Virus record (IMG/VR): IMGVR_UViG_3300009506_000026
Coordinates: 1-63,152 of that record
Reading direction: 5' to 3' (one strand)
Length of the DNA: 63,152 nucleotides
From: a virus
Lineage: Duplodnaviria > Caudoviricetes
The notes beneath the pieces are model-generated. The model had not been told where the DNA came from, did not search any database, and saw only the letters and a program-made list of their open reading frames with translations. Of the stretch, positions 8,925-18,242 are shown piece after piece (position 1 is the first letter of the stretch; each line of letters starts with the position of its first letter). Made by a program: the position numbers and the translations under genes.

Positions 8925-9590
8925 ATGTATAACCCATTTCTGATAAAAGAAATTAATGGTCAGTTTGAGAGGGATGAATTTGATGATGATTTCCAAAACG
9001 AAGATTTACATGAGGGAAGAGAATCCCCAGAAGTTAATTTCATTCTTCGAAACGTAAAGGGTGACATATTGGACATAGGATGTGGGAGTGGAAGTTTCTC
9101 CTGCAAATTCCCTATTGTGGCTATATTGGAGCCTAACCCTGTAAGGTTTGAGAAGGCAAAGGTAAAATTTAAAGGGATAGAGGAGAGAATGAAACAGAGG
9201 GGATTTATGGAGAATATCCCCTTTCCTGCGAATTACTTCAATAGTGTTCTAATGTGGGGTGCTTTTTGTTATGCCCGTAGTCATATGGAAGCATTGTCGG
9301 AGGTGAACAGAGTCCTTATTACCGGAGGGCATTTTGTATTGGACATAGTAACCTGGTCCAATATGCCCATTCATCAAACTTTACATGATAGATCCTTTAT
9401 TAAATTTGCTGAGGTATTTGGTTTTGAACTACTAGAAGTTAGGAAATTTGATGATCTTAATTATTATGGTAAGACTGGATTGGCTTTTAGAAAATATGAG
9501 AACTTAAATCTTGATCGTCTAAGGATCCCTCAATGCACAAAGGAGGGTGTAAGGAACTATTTGGAAAAAAGAGATTGGTTTTTGAGGTGA
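8925..9590 (+). CDS. Class I SAM-dependent methyltransferase
   Basis: ILDIGCGSG, IPFPANYFNSV, EVNRVLITGG. Confidence 0.85.
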   Translation: MYNPFLIKEINGQFERDEFDDDFQNEDLHEGRESPEVNFILRNVKGDILDIGCGSGSFSCKFPIVAILEPNPVRFEKAKVKFKGIEERMKQRGFMENIPFPANYFNSVLMWGAFCYARSHMEALSEVNRVLITGGHFVLDIVTWSNMPIHQTLHDRSFIKFAEVFGFELLEVRKFDDLNYYGKTGLAFRKYENLNLDRLRIPQCTKEGVRNYLEKRDWFLR

Positions 9591-9593
9591 ACC

Positions 9594-11186
9594 ATGTGTG
9601 GAATATTTGCATTCTGGGCTAGAGAGGGATCATGTCACCCTGATATTATTAGTCATCTTATAGGGATGACTGTAAGTAGAGGAGAAGATGGTTTTGGAAT
9701 TTGGGTAGATGGAAAAACCCATAAATCTGATGAACATCGTTGCCCTTATAGGTTATGTTACAATAAAAAAGGATCCTTATTAATGTGTTGTTCCAGGGCC
9801 ACCCCTGAAACTGAAAATATTACAAGAGAATCTGACATTCAACCCATCATCACAGATGATTTGATTCTAATACACAATGGTGGCGTGACGGATAGTATGG
9901 CGAAAGAATTTCCACTTGAATCCCGAACATCAACTCTCGACAGTGAGTTGATACTAGCAGCATATAGAAAGCACTCAGGGAATCTCAAGGCAGCTATGGA
10001 GAATCTTTCGGGCAGCTTTGCTTTTGTACTGTTCGACAGAGAAAAAAATCGTCTTTACGCCTGCTGCTCCTTCAATCCTCTTGCCCATATGTATGTAAGA
10101 GGTATAGGATATTTTATCCATAGTGACGTGAATGCACTAAAAGAAGCCCTAACAATGATAAATGGGATTAGTAGAAATGTAGTGAACGTATGGGAAGATT
10201 GGTATTATCATGACATCCCTGGGTACACAATTGTGGAAACAGATTTGGATAGTGGGATGCAAAGAATCGAAGAATTCAACCCAAGATTTCTACACCCCAC
10301 TTTTGATAGAAATGATCCCCCTAAAGAGGACCCCATGACTTATGTAATAGCTTCGGGGGGGATTGATAGCGGACTAACTGCTTGGACACTGCAAAAAGCG
10401 GGACACAATGTTTCCTTAGTACATTTCATGTATGGACAAAAAGCACAGGCAGCGGAAGAATGGGCTGTAGATAGAATCGCGGAAAGGATGGATGTAACGG
10501 CACACAAATTTGATCTTAGGGATATTTATAAATACTTTGTGGACAGCAGTATGTTATTGCAGGATTTAATAAAAGTAGATTCAGGAGGAGAAAACATAAA
10601 ATCTACAATAGCATGGGTTTCAGGGAGAAATGCTATCTTTGCATCAATTGTTTTGGGATTAGCAGAGGCACGGATTCTATCAAACTATTATACTTCGGTG
10701 AACATTGCGGCAGGGTGGGCACAACTGTCTGAGGAAACAGGAGGGTACCCTGATAACTCCTACAAGTTTGTAAAAGCCATTGAGGAACTCAAAAAGTTTG
10801 GGTACATAGCGGGGGATAGGATAAAAATTCTTTCCGTAATGCAAAGAATAACTAAAACGGAAGAATGGATATTAGGAGATGCCTTAAGGTTTCCTTTCGA
10901 ATTGACCGTTAGTTGTGATTGCCCCAGTGTTACTCCCTATCTGAGGGCCGAAGAAAAATGGGCAGTGGAGTATAGGCCCAGTCTTTGTATAGAATGTGGA
11001 AGTACCAAATTGTCGATAATTGCAGCGGACAGAGCAGGGGTGCATGATCCGAGACTTTTTACTTCCCCAAGACCTACTTTATCCCCCGTGATGTCAACGG
11101 CTTCTCCGAAACAAATCATTCAACGTCTAATGTTGACGGACGAAGAAAAGGAAATCCTATGTCAGAAAATAAATCAAAAGTGGTAG
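9594..11186 (+). CDS. gat-queC: Glutamine amidotransferase type II-QueC fusion (Gat-QueC, archaeosine-type)
   Basis: N-terminal MCGIF Ntn nucleophile, SRGEDGFG, IHNG; C-terminal SGGIDS PP-loop, YGQKA, GRNAIF, GYPD, SCDCP..CIECG. Confidence 0.88.
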   Translation: MCGIFAFWAREGSCHPDIISHLIGMTVSRGEDGFGIWVDGKTHKSDEHRCPYRLCYNKKGSLLMCCSRATPETENITRESDIQPIITDDLILIHNGGVTDSMAKEFPLESRTSTLDSELILAAYRKHSGNLKAAMENLSGSFAFVLFDREKNRLYACCSFNPLAHMYVRGIGYFIHSDVNALKEALTMINGISRNVVNVWEDWYYHDIPGYTIVETDLDSGMQRIEEFNPRFLHPTFDRNDPPKEDPMTYVIASGGIDSGLTAWTLQKAGHNVSLVHFMYGQKAQAAEEWAVDRIAERMDVTAHKFDLRDIYKYFVDSSMLLQDLIKVDSGGENIKSTIAWVSGRNAIFASIVLGLAEARILSNYYTSVNIAAGWAQLSEETGGYPDNSYKFVKAIEELKKFGYIAGDRIKILSVMQRITKTEEWILGDALRFPFELTVSCDCPSVTPYLRAEEKWAVEYRPSLCIECGSTKLSIIAADRAGVHDPRLFTSPRPTLSPVMSTASPKQIIQRLMLTDEEKEILCQKINQKW

Positions 11187-11470
11187 CAGTGGATTTAGAT
11201 GGAACTCTATGTTTAGAACCTGAAAACTTTAATCCCTACAATCCAGACTACAGGAATAGAAAACCATTCAAGCAGACCATTCTAAAAATAAATGAACTAT
11301 ATAAAGAAGGATGGTTTGTTATTATTTATACCTCAAGATACAAAGAGGATCTATTCGAAACGAGGGCTTGGTTGAATGAGAACCATGTGAAATATCATCA
11401 CATCGAATTGGGGAAACTCAGGGCAGACCTTTACATCGACCAATTAGCAAAGAGGCCGGAGGAGCTATGA
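11159..11470 (+). CDS. HAD-superfamily small phosphatase
   Basis: VAVDLDGTLC, IIYTSR, GK...LYID. Confidence 0.8.
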   Translation: MSENKSKVVAVDLDGTLCLEPENFNPYNPDYRNRKPFKQTILKINELYKEGWFVIIYTSRYKEDLFETRAWLNENHVKYHHIELGKLRADLYIDQLAKRPEEL

Positions 11471-12177
11471 TATTACTATTTTCTGGGGGTTTGGATAGTT
11501 ACATTGCATATCATTATTTAGGATGGTATAATCCCGGGATTAAAATTTCCACTTTGTACTGTGATTTAGGACACAGATACGCGGTACACGAAGTAGAGAA
11601 AGTGAAGGAATTGATCCCTACAACTATCATTGATACAAGGTTAAATCTAGCGGATTGGGAAGAAAAAGATGCAAATATCCCAATGAGAAATGCCTTCCTC
11701 AGCATGATTGCCTCTCATTATGACAGAGAAATAATTCTTGTGGTACAGAAGGGTGAGATGGAAATCCCCGACAGAACACAAAAATTTATGGAAGATATTT
11801 CTAAATTAATCACCAGATTAAAAGTCCCATCACGAGCCTGTAAAATATGGTCACCCTTCACTCAAATGACTAAGGCATCCATGGTACAATGGTATTTAAT
11901 TACAGGTCTATCTGAGCAAAAGCTGTTGAAAACAAGGAGTTGTTATTCAGCGGGGGAGAAACCTTGCGGGAAGTGCTCCGCTTGTTTCAGAAGGTGGGTT
12001 GCTATGTCGTTGAATGATCTGCATGAGGAGTACGAAAGCCCCATTTTATTAAACGAGAAAATCCCAGATTACATTCGAAAAATGATGAAGGGGAAATATG
12101 ATGCACAAAGGACAGCGGAAACTTTGGCAGCTCTGATAAAGGCAGGGTATGATGTCGATAGATATATTACTGGATAG
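11467..12177 (+). CDS. queC: Second QueC-like PP-loop protein (7-cyano-7-deazaguanine synthase family)
   Basis: LLFSGGLDS, NIPMRNAFL, MTK, SCY..CGKCSAC. Confidence 0.82.
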   Translation: MILLFSGGLDSYIAYHYLGWYNPGIKISTLYCDLGHRYAVHEVEKVKELIPTTIIDTRLNLADWEEKDANIPMRNAFLSMIASHYDREIILVVQKGEMEIPDRTQKFMEDISKLITRLKVPSRACKIWSPFTQMTKASMVQWYLITGLSEQKLLKTRSCYSAGEKPCGKCSACFRRWVAMSLNDLHEEYESPILLNEKIPDYIRKMMKGKYDAQRTAETLAALIKAGYDVDRYITG

Positions 12178-12934
12178 TGGGGCATGGTCGGCTTTTACAC
12201 AGAACAACCCTATTGACATTTATCAGTATATTTCCTTCATAAAATCTAAGGGTAGTAATTTGACAGGGTACTTCAACTTGGATGTTGTGGAAGACAGTGT
12301 GAACAGCTATAAAAATTTTTTGATTATGAAGGAGGAGGGACTAAATCCTATCCCTGTATTTCATGTTCAAGCAGGGATAAAGGACATAAATTATCTTTTA
12401 AAATATATGGAAACTGAGGAATACATTGCAATAGGTTCCATTGCTAACATCTCCACAAAAAGGAGAATCGAAAATCTGGACATGATCTGGAGAGACTATT
12501 TGGTAGACGATAAAAAAATGCCCAAAGTAAAAGTGCATGGGCTCGGTCTACTGTCCCCAGAACTTCTATCTCGTTACCCTTGGTATAGTGTAGATAGCAG
12601 TAGTTGGGTACAGTTTGCAAAATTTGGAGCTATCTTGGTTCCACGAAAGAGAAATGGAATTAGAGTTTTTGACTGTCCCCCCGAAGTTATATTTGTATCC
12701 GATCGTAGTCCTAAGAGGTCCGAACTAGAAGGGAAACACATCGAATCATTTAAAAAATTGGAGAAGGAGAAGATCGTTGAATACATAAATGAGAAAGGTT
12801 TTAACTTGGGGGAACTGTCAAAGGATCATAAGCTGAGGGACAAATTTAATCTGATCTTCTTTCTTGACTTGGAGAGAAGTATTCCAGAATGGCCCTGGCC
12901 ATTTATAGCCAACCGACAGGAGAGCTTATGGTAG
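12149..12934 (+). CDS. dpdA: DpdA/TGT-like DNA-guanine transglycosylase
   Basis: LLDSGAWS, NLDV, PIPVFH, VHGLGL, WYSVDSSSW motifs of TGT-fold phage proteins; lies in the que cluster. Confidence 0.75.
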   Translation: MMSIDILLDSGAWSAFTQNNPIDIYQYISFIKSKGSNLTGYFNLDVVEDSVNSYKNFLIMKEEGLNPIPVFHVQAGIKDINYLLKYMETEEYIAIGSIANISTKRRIENLDMIWRDYLVDDKKMPKVKVHGLGLLSPELLSRYPWYSVDSSSWVQFAKFGAILVPRKRNGIRVFDCPPEVIFVSDRSPKRSELEGKHIESFKKLEKEKIVEYINEKGFNLGELSKDHKLRDKFNLIFFLDLERSIPEWPWPFIANRQESLW

Positions 12935-13101
12935 TCGCCTTTATTATTCTTTACACATTGATTGGAACTTTTCTATTTAACTGGGCAAATAGCACAAGGG
13001 ATTTAGAGTACCCAAAATTGTGTTTCATTATCTTTGTGCTTATCTGGCCCATACAACTATTGGCTGCATTTGTTATGGTTTTATATGGGAGAAGTAAGTG
13101 A
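12928..13101 (+). CDS. Small membrane protein (two hydrophobic segments)
   Basis: ATG after AGGAG; two TM-like stretches. Confidence 0.55.
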   Translation: MVVAFIILYTLIGTFLFNWANSTRDLEYPKLCFIIFVLIWPIQLLAAFVMVLYGRSK

Positions 13102-13280
13102 AAATCTACTTCGCTGGTAATTTCCCACAAATGAAGAAACCAGAGTTGGAGAAGTCCGTAGCTGAGTTTGTTCAAGAAAGATACGGGATTTACAGAAGAT
13201 TGATTTCCTTTTACTTTGTTCCAGACATTGAAAACGTATTGAAACTAAAGGGGGAAAACAATGGGAAAACCAAAATGTAA
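13098..13280 (+). CDS. Small protein resembling the N-terminal segment of phage TGT-like proteins
   Basis: MKIYFAG...RLISFYF. Confidence 0.5.
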   Translation: MKIYFAGNFPQMKKPELEKSVAEFVQERYGIYRRLISFYFVPDIENVLKLKGENNGKTKM

Positions 13281-13452
13281 ACTGTCAGGGAGGGATGGAA
13301 ATATTTTCAATCTTATTGGGATAGCTAAAGCGGCATTAGTAAAAGCAGGACAGAAAGAAGAGGCAAAGTTTTTAGTGGATGATATTTTAAAGAAGGCTCA
13401 CTCCTATGACGAATCCCTACAAATCATTATGAATTATGTGGAGGTAGAATGA
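13261..13452 (+). CDS. Conserved small phage protein (GxDGNxFxxxG type)
   Basis: KLSGRDGNIFNLIG...SYDESLQIIMNYVEV. Confidence 0.7.
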   Translation: MGKPKCKLSGRDGNIFNLIGIAKAALVKAGQKEEAKFLVDDILKKAHSYDESLQIIMNYVEVE

Positions 13453-14486
13453 AAATCGAAACGATTGAACTATTAAAGGCACTATCATCGGTAAGACCCG
13501 GCTTGGCACAGAAGGAAATCGTGGAGGAAATGGTTCATTTCATTTTCACTGGGGAGGAGGTAGCCACCTACAACGACGAAATATGTGTTATCGTCCCTTT
13601 CAAAACTGACTTCTCCTGTTCGGTAAAAGCGGATACCTTATTTAAGTATCTTTTAAAGCTCCCGCAGCCTGAAATTGATATGGATCTTAAAGAGGGACAA
13701 CTGCTGATCAGAGCAGGAAAGTCAAAAGCAGAATTTCCTATTTCTGCCAACGAAGGAATCTTCTCCTATTTAGAGAAGGTAGCGGATTCTTTAGAAGAGG
13801 GAGAATGGAAGAAAACACCAGAGAATTTCTTCAACGGGATTAAGCTGTGCAGTTTTAGTGCGGCGAAGGATAGAACTATGGGAACTCTTACTTGTGTTCA
13901 TGTGGTGAGAGATTCCATTTATAGTAGTGATCAAACGCGAATGAGCAGGTTTAGAATGAAGGGGGAAATGGAGGGATTCCTAATAGAAGCTGCCACACTA
14001 CAAAAGCTTTACGGAATACACCTTAACTTTGATGAATATATGGTTACAAAAAGTTGGATAAACTTTCGAACCAGGGACGATGTGCTGTTTAGTGCAAGGA
14101 GGGTGCTATCACAGGAAGATTTGAAATGGGATGAGAAGGAAAAGCAGTTCATTCTTAAAGGAACACAGGTGGAGATTCCCCCAAAACTTAAGGATGCATT
14201 GGACAAGATATCTATTGTTCTAAGTAACCTGCAAATGATCGACAAGTCGGTTAATATCTCCTTGAGAAAGGGAAAGATGCTTTGCTCTGGAGGGAGTGCT
14301 GCTTCTGGGTTTATAGAGGAAGAGGTAGAACTGGATTATTCATTGGATAATAAAGATTTCTCAATAAATGTGGTTTATTTGCAGGAAGCTCTTGACAAAT
14401 CGCAGAAGTTTGCTGTATCAGATAGACATGCACAGTTCGAAAGTGAAAATTTCCTGCATTTTAGTGCACTTATGATTGAGAGGTAG
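13449..14486 (+). CDS. DNA polymerase III beta-like sliding clamp
   Basis: 345 aa; MKIETIELLKAL start, ATYNDE, SSDQTRM, C-terminal INVVYLQEAL pattern; lies near the polymerase and clamp loader. Confidence 0.72.
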   Translation: MKIETIELLKALSSVRPGLAQKEIVEEMVHFIFTGEEVATYNDEICVIVPFKTDFSCSVKADTLFKYLLKLPQPEIDMDLKEGQLLIRAGKSKAEFPISANEGIFSYLEKVADSLEEGEWKKTPENFFNGIKLCSFSAAKDRTMGTLTCVHVVRDSIYSSDQTRMSRFRMKGEMEGFLIEAATLQKLYGIHLNFDEYMVTKSWINFRTRDDVLFSARRVLSQEDLKWDEKEKQFILKGTQVEIPPKLKDALDKISIVLSNLQMIDKSVNISLRKGKMLCSGGSAASGFIEEEVELDYSLDNKDFSINVVYLQEALDKSQKFAVSDRHAQFESENFLHFSALMIER

Positions 14487-14488
14487 AT

Positions 14489-14863
14489 GTGAATAATTAC
14501 TCCTTAGACACGGAAGATTATGCAATTTATACCCCTCCTGAAGTACAATATTATTGTTTCGAGGATGACAATGATTCAACTTGTTTTACTTATCAGGAGG
14601 TAAAAACCTTAAAAGGGATGATTGAACAACAAGGAGGATTGCCCATGCCTTCACTTAGTTTGATTATTACAATTGTTGTGGTATGTATAATCACCAACAA
14701 AGTAATTATCCCACGTCTTACGACAATGAAAATACTCAGGTTATTTGCCAGACTAATTTACTGGCCTATAGCTGAGTTGTTTAGATGGTATAAGGATAAA
14801 TGGGAAGATTTTATTGAGGCCGCTGATGAAGCGATAAAAACTCAAAAAAGGAGAAAAAAATGA
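14489..14863 (+). CDS. Membrane protein
   Basis: Hydrophobic segment LSLIITIVVVCII. Confidence 0.55.
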   Translation: MNNYSLDTEDYAIYTPPEVQYYCFEDDNDSTCFTYQEVKTLKGMIEQQGGLPMPSLSLIITIVVVCIITNKVIIPRLTTMKILRLFARLIYWPIAELFRWYKDKWEDFIEAADEAIKTQKRRKK

Positions 14864-15021
14864 GGAACGAGGAGGAACAAAAGTGGAAGGATCTTGAAGG
14901 AGGCCTTGTTCATGTTAGAATCAGGAGCGTAATTCCATCGAGTTCCACGGAAGTAAAAGTTATCGGGGAAATCTTGGAAACCGAAGATTACTTTGAGTTA
15001 CTCGTATACATCCAGGAATAA
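14860..15021 (+). CDS. Small hypothetical protein (53 aa, not in track)
   Basis: ATGA overlap and AGGAG RBS; MRNEEEQKW...LVYIQE. Confidence 0.5.
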   Translation: MRNEEEQKWKDLEGGLVHVRIRSVIPSSSTEVKVIGEILETEDYFELLVYIQE

Positions 15022-15044
15022 GAGGAAGAGGAGCATTACGAATA

Positions 15045-17648
15045 ATGTTCTTCCGAGATGAGGAAATAAAAACACAGGCAGTTAGGAGATATGATCTAAA
15101 AGAGGGTTCTCCTAACTGCATGAAGTGTGGACTGTACCGATTTGTAAAATCCCCTAGGATGCTCTGGTCTGGAAAAGGGGGGATGAAATGTCTGCAACTC
15201 GCGGAAGCTCCAGGAAACGAGGAAGATGAAAGGGGAGAACAGTTTGTTGGCGAAGCGGGATCATTATGGGAGAATCATTTAATGTTTTTAGGACTTGACC
15301 TGAACAGAGATTTCTGGAAGGATAATTCTATAAAGTGTAGACCTTTCGATGTGACCCCAACAGGAACTAAGAACAGGACCCCTAAGAAGGAAGAGATTGA
15401 ACACTGCTACCCCCTACTTGAAGAAACAATAAGACGTTTGAAACCAAGATTCATCTGGTTGCTTGGGGGGAAAGCGGTTGAGGCGTTTTATCTCAATGTC
15501 CCAATAGGGGAGAAGACAATTAATCGTTTTCGTGGTTTGTGTATCCCAGACAGACGCTGGAACTGCTGGGTTCTTCCTTTGTTTCATCCTTCCTATCTAC
15601 TTCGCCAACAAGTTGACAATAATCTTCAATCTGTATTCAGAAGGGACCTTGAAAATGCCGCGGTAAAATTAAATCTGGGGGACATTCCCCCTCTTCCCAA
15701 AGAAAACATCATTCATCTAACTGATTATACCTCACTAATAAACTTTCTTGATAAAATCATCTCTGAAAAATCCCCTATCGTGATCGACTTTGAGACTCTG
15801 GGATACAAGCCCTACTACCCAGAAATGAAAATAGTATCCATTTCAATTTCTCCTATAAATGACGATACCTCTTATGCATTCCCACTGGATTATAATAACT
15901 TTTGGCATGATGCAGATAAATTAGTAATACTCGGGAGATTGCGAGAAATTTTGGAGGATCAAGAAATTCTAAAAATTGCTCAGAATATCAAATTTGAGCA
16001 TGTATGGGCGGCAGTGGCGTTAAACATAATAATTAAAGGGTGGTATTGGGACACGATGCTGGCCTCACACATACAAGACAATCGCTCTCAATTCACCTCG
16101 CTTACCTTTCAGACTTTCATAAATTTTGGTAGAGAACCCTACGACACTGAGATGGAAAGGTATAAACGGGCACAAGGAAAGAGTCAATACAACTCCATGG
16201 ATAAATGCCCTCTAACAAAATTGCTAGACTACAATGCTCTAGACTCTCATTATACAAGGTTGCTTTTACTGAAACAGGAAAAGGAATTCGACAAGGATCC
16301 TGGTCTGATTTTCCCTCGTGATTTCTTCTTCGAAGGTACATTAAAGTTCGCGGATTTGGAAATGAGGGGAATGAACGTGGATGAAGATTACATTGAAAAA
16401 ATGTCGAACTCAGATGGCACGGGGACCATCGATAAAGAAATTCAAACGATAAAGAAGGAGCTATCGGAAGGGGAGGAGTCAAAACGATTTTTTCAGGTCA
16501 AAAGAAAGACCTTAGATATTAACAGCACGAAAGACTTAGGCGAACTGTTCTATAATATATTGGGACACGAAAGGATTTACACGGAGAAAGACAACCTCAG
16601 TGTCGATAAGAACGCACTCTCACTTATGAAAAGTGAGTTCGCGGAAAAGCTTCTCCGATATCGTACCCTGGAGAAAGTAAGGGGAACCTATCTAGCACAA
16701 TTCAAACGCTATGTTTACAAGGGGATGATTCATCCTTTCTTTGATTTAGTTATCCCTGTAACCTATCGTAGCAGTAGTTCAAAATTCAATTTTCACAATC
16801 AACCAAAGAGAGACAAACAAGCTCAAGAGTGGGTTAGAAAAGCGGTAAAACCAAGAAAGGGGCATGGCATTCTAAGTAGTGACTTCTCCGGGATAGAGGT
16901 AGGAATTAGCGCCTGCTACAATAAGGATCCCAATCTGATTGCATACGTCTCGGATAAATCAAAGGACATGCATAGAGATTCAGCTTGTGATCTTTGGATG
17001 TTGCCAAAAGAGGAGATAGAATATTGGATACGATTCTATGCCAAGAACTGTTGGGTGTTCCCACAGTTTTATGGTGATTATTATGTTGGTTGTGCAAGGA
17101 ATCTTTGGCGAAATTGCTTATTATTGAAAACAAATTCGGGGATAATTCTTAAGGATCATCTGTACGAAAAAGGAATAAAGAGGTATGAGGAGTTCGAGGA
17201 GCATTGTAAGGAGCAGCAAGATATTTTTTGGGGCACAAGGTTCCCTATTTATAAACAATGGAAAGAAGATATTCAAATCGAGTATCAAGAAAAGGGGTAC
17301 ATTGAAAGCTATCTTGGATTTAGATTCAGTGGGTATATGAGAAGGAATGAACTGACAAATTATCAGACACAGGGAACGGCGTTTCATGTACTGCTTTGGA
17401 CTTTGATCGAAGTAATGAACGTGGCGGAGGAGGAAGGGTGGGATACACATGCTTTTGGACAGATACATGATGATATGTTGCATGACTGGCACCCGGATGA
17501 ATTGGATCATGTAATTGAGACTATCAACTACTGTGGAACACAAAGGGTGAGAGAGGAATTTGATTGGATTGTTGTACCTCTACGAATCGATCACGAAGTT
17601 TCTGAAATTGATGGAAACTGGTTTGAAATGGAGGAGAAACATAAATGA
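15045..17648 (+). CDS. polA: Family A DNA polymerase with N-terminal family-4 uracil-DNA glycosylase and 3'-5' exonuclease domains
   Basis: UDG: CMKCGL, AEAPG, FVGEAG, KCRP, HPSYLLR. Exonuclease: DFET, QNIKFE, DTML, YNALD. Polymerase: SDFSGIE (A), AKNCWVFPQFYG (B), QIHDD (C). Confidence 0.93.
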   Translation: MFFRDEEIKTQAVRRYDLKEGSPNCMKCGLYRFVKSPRMLWSGKGGMKCLQLAEAPGNEEDERGEQFVGEAGSLWENHLMFLGLDLNRDFWKDNSIKCRPFDVTPTGTKNRTPKKEEIEHCYPLLEETIRRLKPRFIWLLGGKAVEAFYLNVPIGEKTINRFRGLCIPDRRWNCWVLPLFHPSYLLRQQVDNNLQSVFRRDLENAAVKLNLGDIPPLPKENIIHLTDYTSLINFLDKIISEKSPIVIDFETLGYKPYYPEMKIVSISISPINDDTSYAFPLDYNNFWHDADKLVILGRLREILEDQEILKIAQNIKFEHVWAAVALNIIIKGWYWDTMLASHIQDNRSQFTSLTFQTFINFGREPYDTEMERYKRAQGKSQYNSMDKCPLTKLLDYNALDSHYTRLLLLKQEKEFDKDPGLIFPRDFFFEGTLKFADLEMRGMNVDEDYIEKMSNSDGTGTIDKEIQTIKKELSEGEESKRFFQVKRKTLDINSTKDLGELFYNILGHERIYTEKDNLSVDKNALSLMKSEFAEKLLRYRTLEKVRGTYLAQFKRYVYKGMIHPFFDLVIPVTYRSSSSKFNFHNQPKRDKQAQEWVRKAVKPRKGHGILSSDFSGIEVGISACYNKDPNLIAYVSDKSKDMHRDSACDLWMLPKEEIEYWIRFYAKNCWVFPQFYGDYYVGCARNLWRNCLLLKTNSGIILKDHLYEKGIKRYEEFEEHCKEQQDIFWGTRFPIYKQWKEDIQIEYQEKGYIESYLGFRFSGYMRRNELTNYQTQGTAFHVLLWTLIEVMNVAEEEGWDTHAFGQIHDDMLHDWHPDELDHVIETINYCGTQRVREEFDWIVVPLRIDHEVSEIDGNWFEMEEKHK

Positions 17649-17935
17649 ACGTACAAATGGATGTTAAGTTCGAAGCATTCTTGGTACAGGCTGGGGTTTT
17701 ATTTTTTTCCATTACAAAAGAGGGGTTCAGGGAAATTGAAAAGAGAGAGCCTTATGCCTATGAACACGATGTAAAAAGGAAAGGAAGATACTTAGTGCCT
17801 GCCTTGGATCTATTTGGCCCAAGAAACCTTCTTCACAATAAAAAAATAGTATGTCGCATAACTGTAATGGGAGAAGATGATGAGAATGTGGATGATAAAT
17901 CCAAAAACAATGTGCAGACAACACCTTCTAGGTGA
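17645..17935 (+). CDS. Hypothetical protein
   Basis: 96 aa, translationally coupled. Confidence 0.55.
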   Translation: MNVQMDVKFEAFLVQAGVLFFSITKEGFREIEKREPYAYEHDVKRKGRYLVPALDLFGPRNLLHNKKIVCRITVMGEDDENVDDKSKNNVQTTPSR

Positions 17936-18242
17936 GCATGTGGAGTTACACATGATTATTGGATGCTGGAAAAAAATGAAAAGCTTAGAAGGTTACAGGG
18001 ATTTGATCGAACTACATTCAGTTCCACAAAGACACCTTTTCATCTCGGAGGAAATGAAAAGGAGAGGGTATAATCATCATAGTCCTATCACGGTGAATCT
18101 AATAACTAAACTCCCAGTGCTTGGTTACGTTGACAGAAAAAAATCCAGAGAGGCACTGCACGAAAGATGCCCTGTTTGTAAGAGAATGTGGGAGGAATAT
18201 TATGACCTTGCAAGTCGCCTATCGACCACCTTCGCTCGATGA
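17877..18242 (+). CDS. Pyrimidine-dimer DNA glycosylase / endonuclease V-like
   Basis: MRMWMINP..CRQHLLGEHVELH, EMKRRGYNHHSP. Confidence 0.8.
   Translation: MMRMWMINPKTMCRQHLLGEHVELHMIIGCWKKMKSLEGYRDLIELHSVPQRHLFISEEMKRRGYNHHSPITVNLITKLPVLGYVDRKKSREALHERCPVCKRMWEEYYDLASRLSTTFAR

Noticed and set aside
15045-17648. Intein or intron in the DNA polymerase (also helicase and RecA)
   Set aside because: The length is explained by UDG + exonuclease + polymerase domains; no splice-junction or homing endonuclease motifs were seen.
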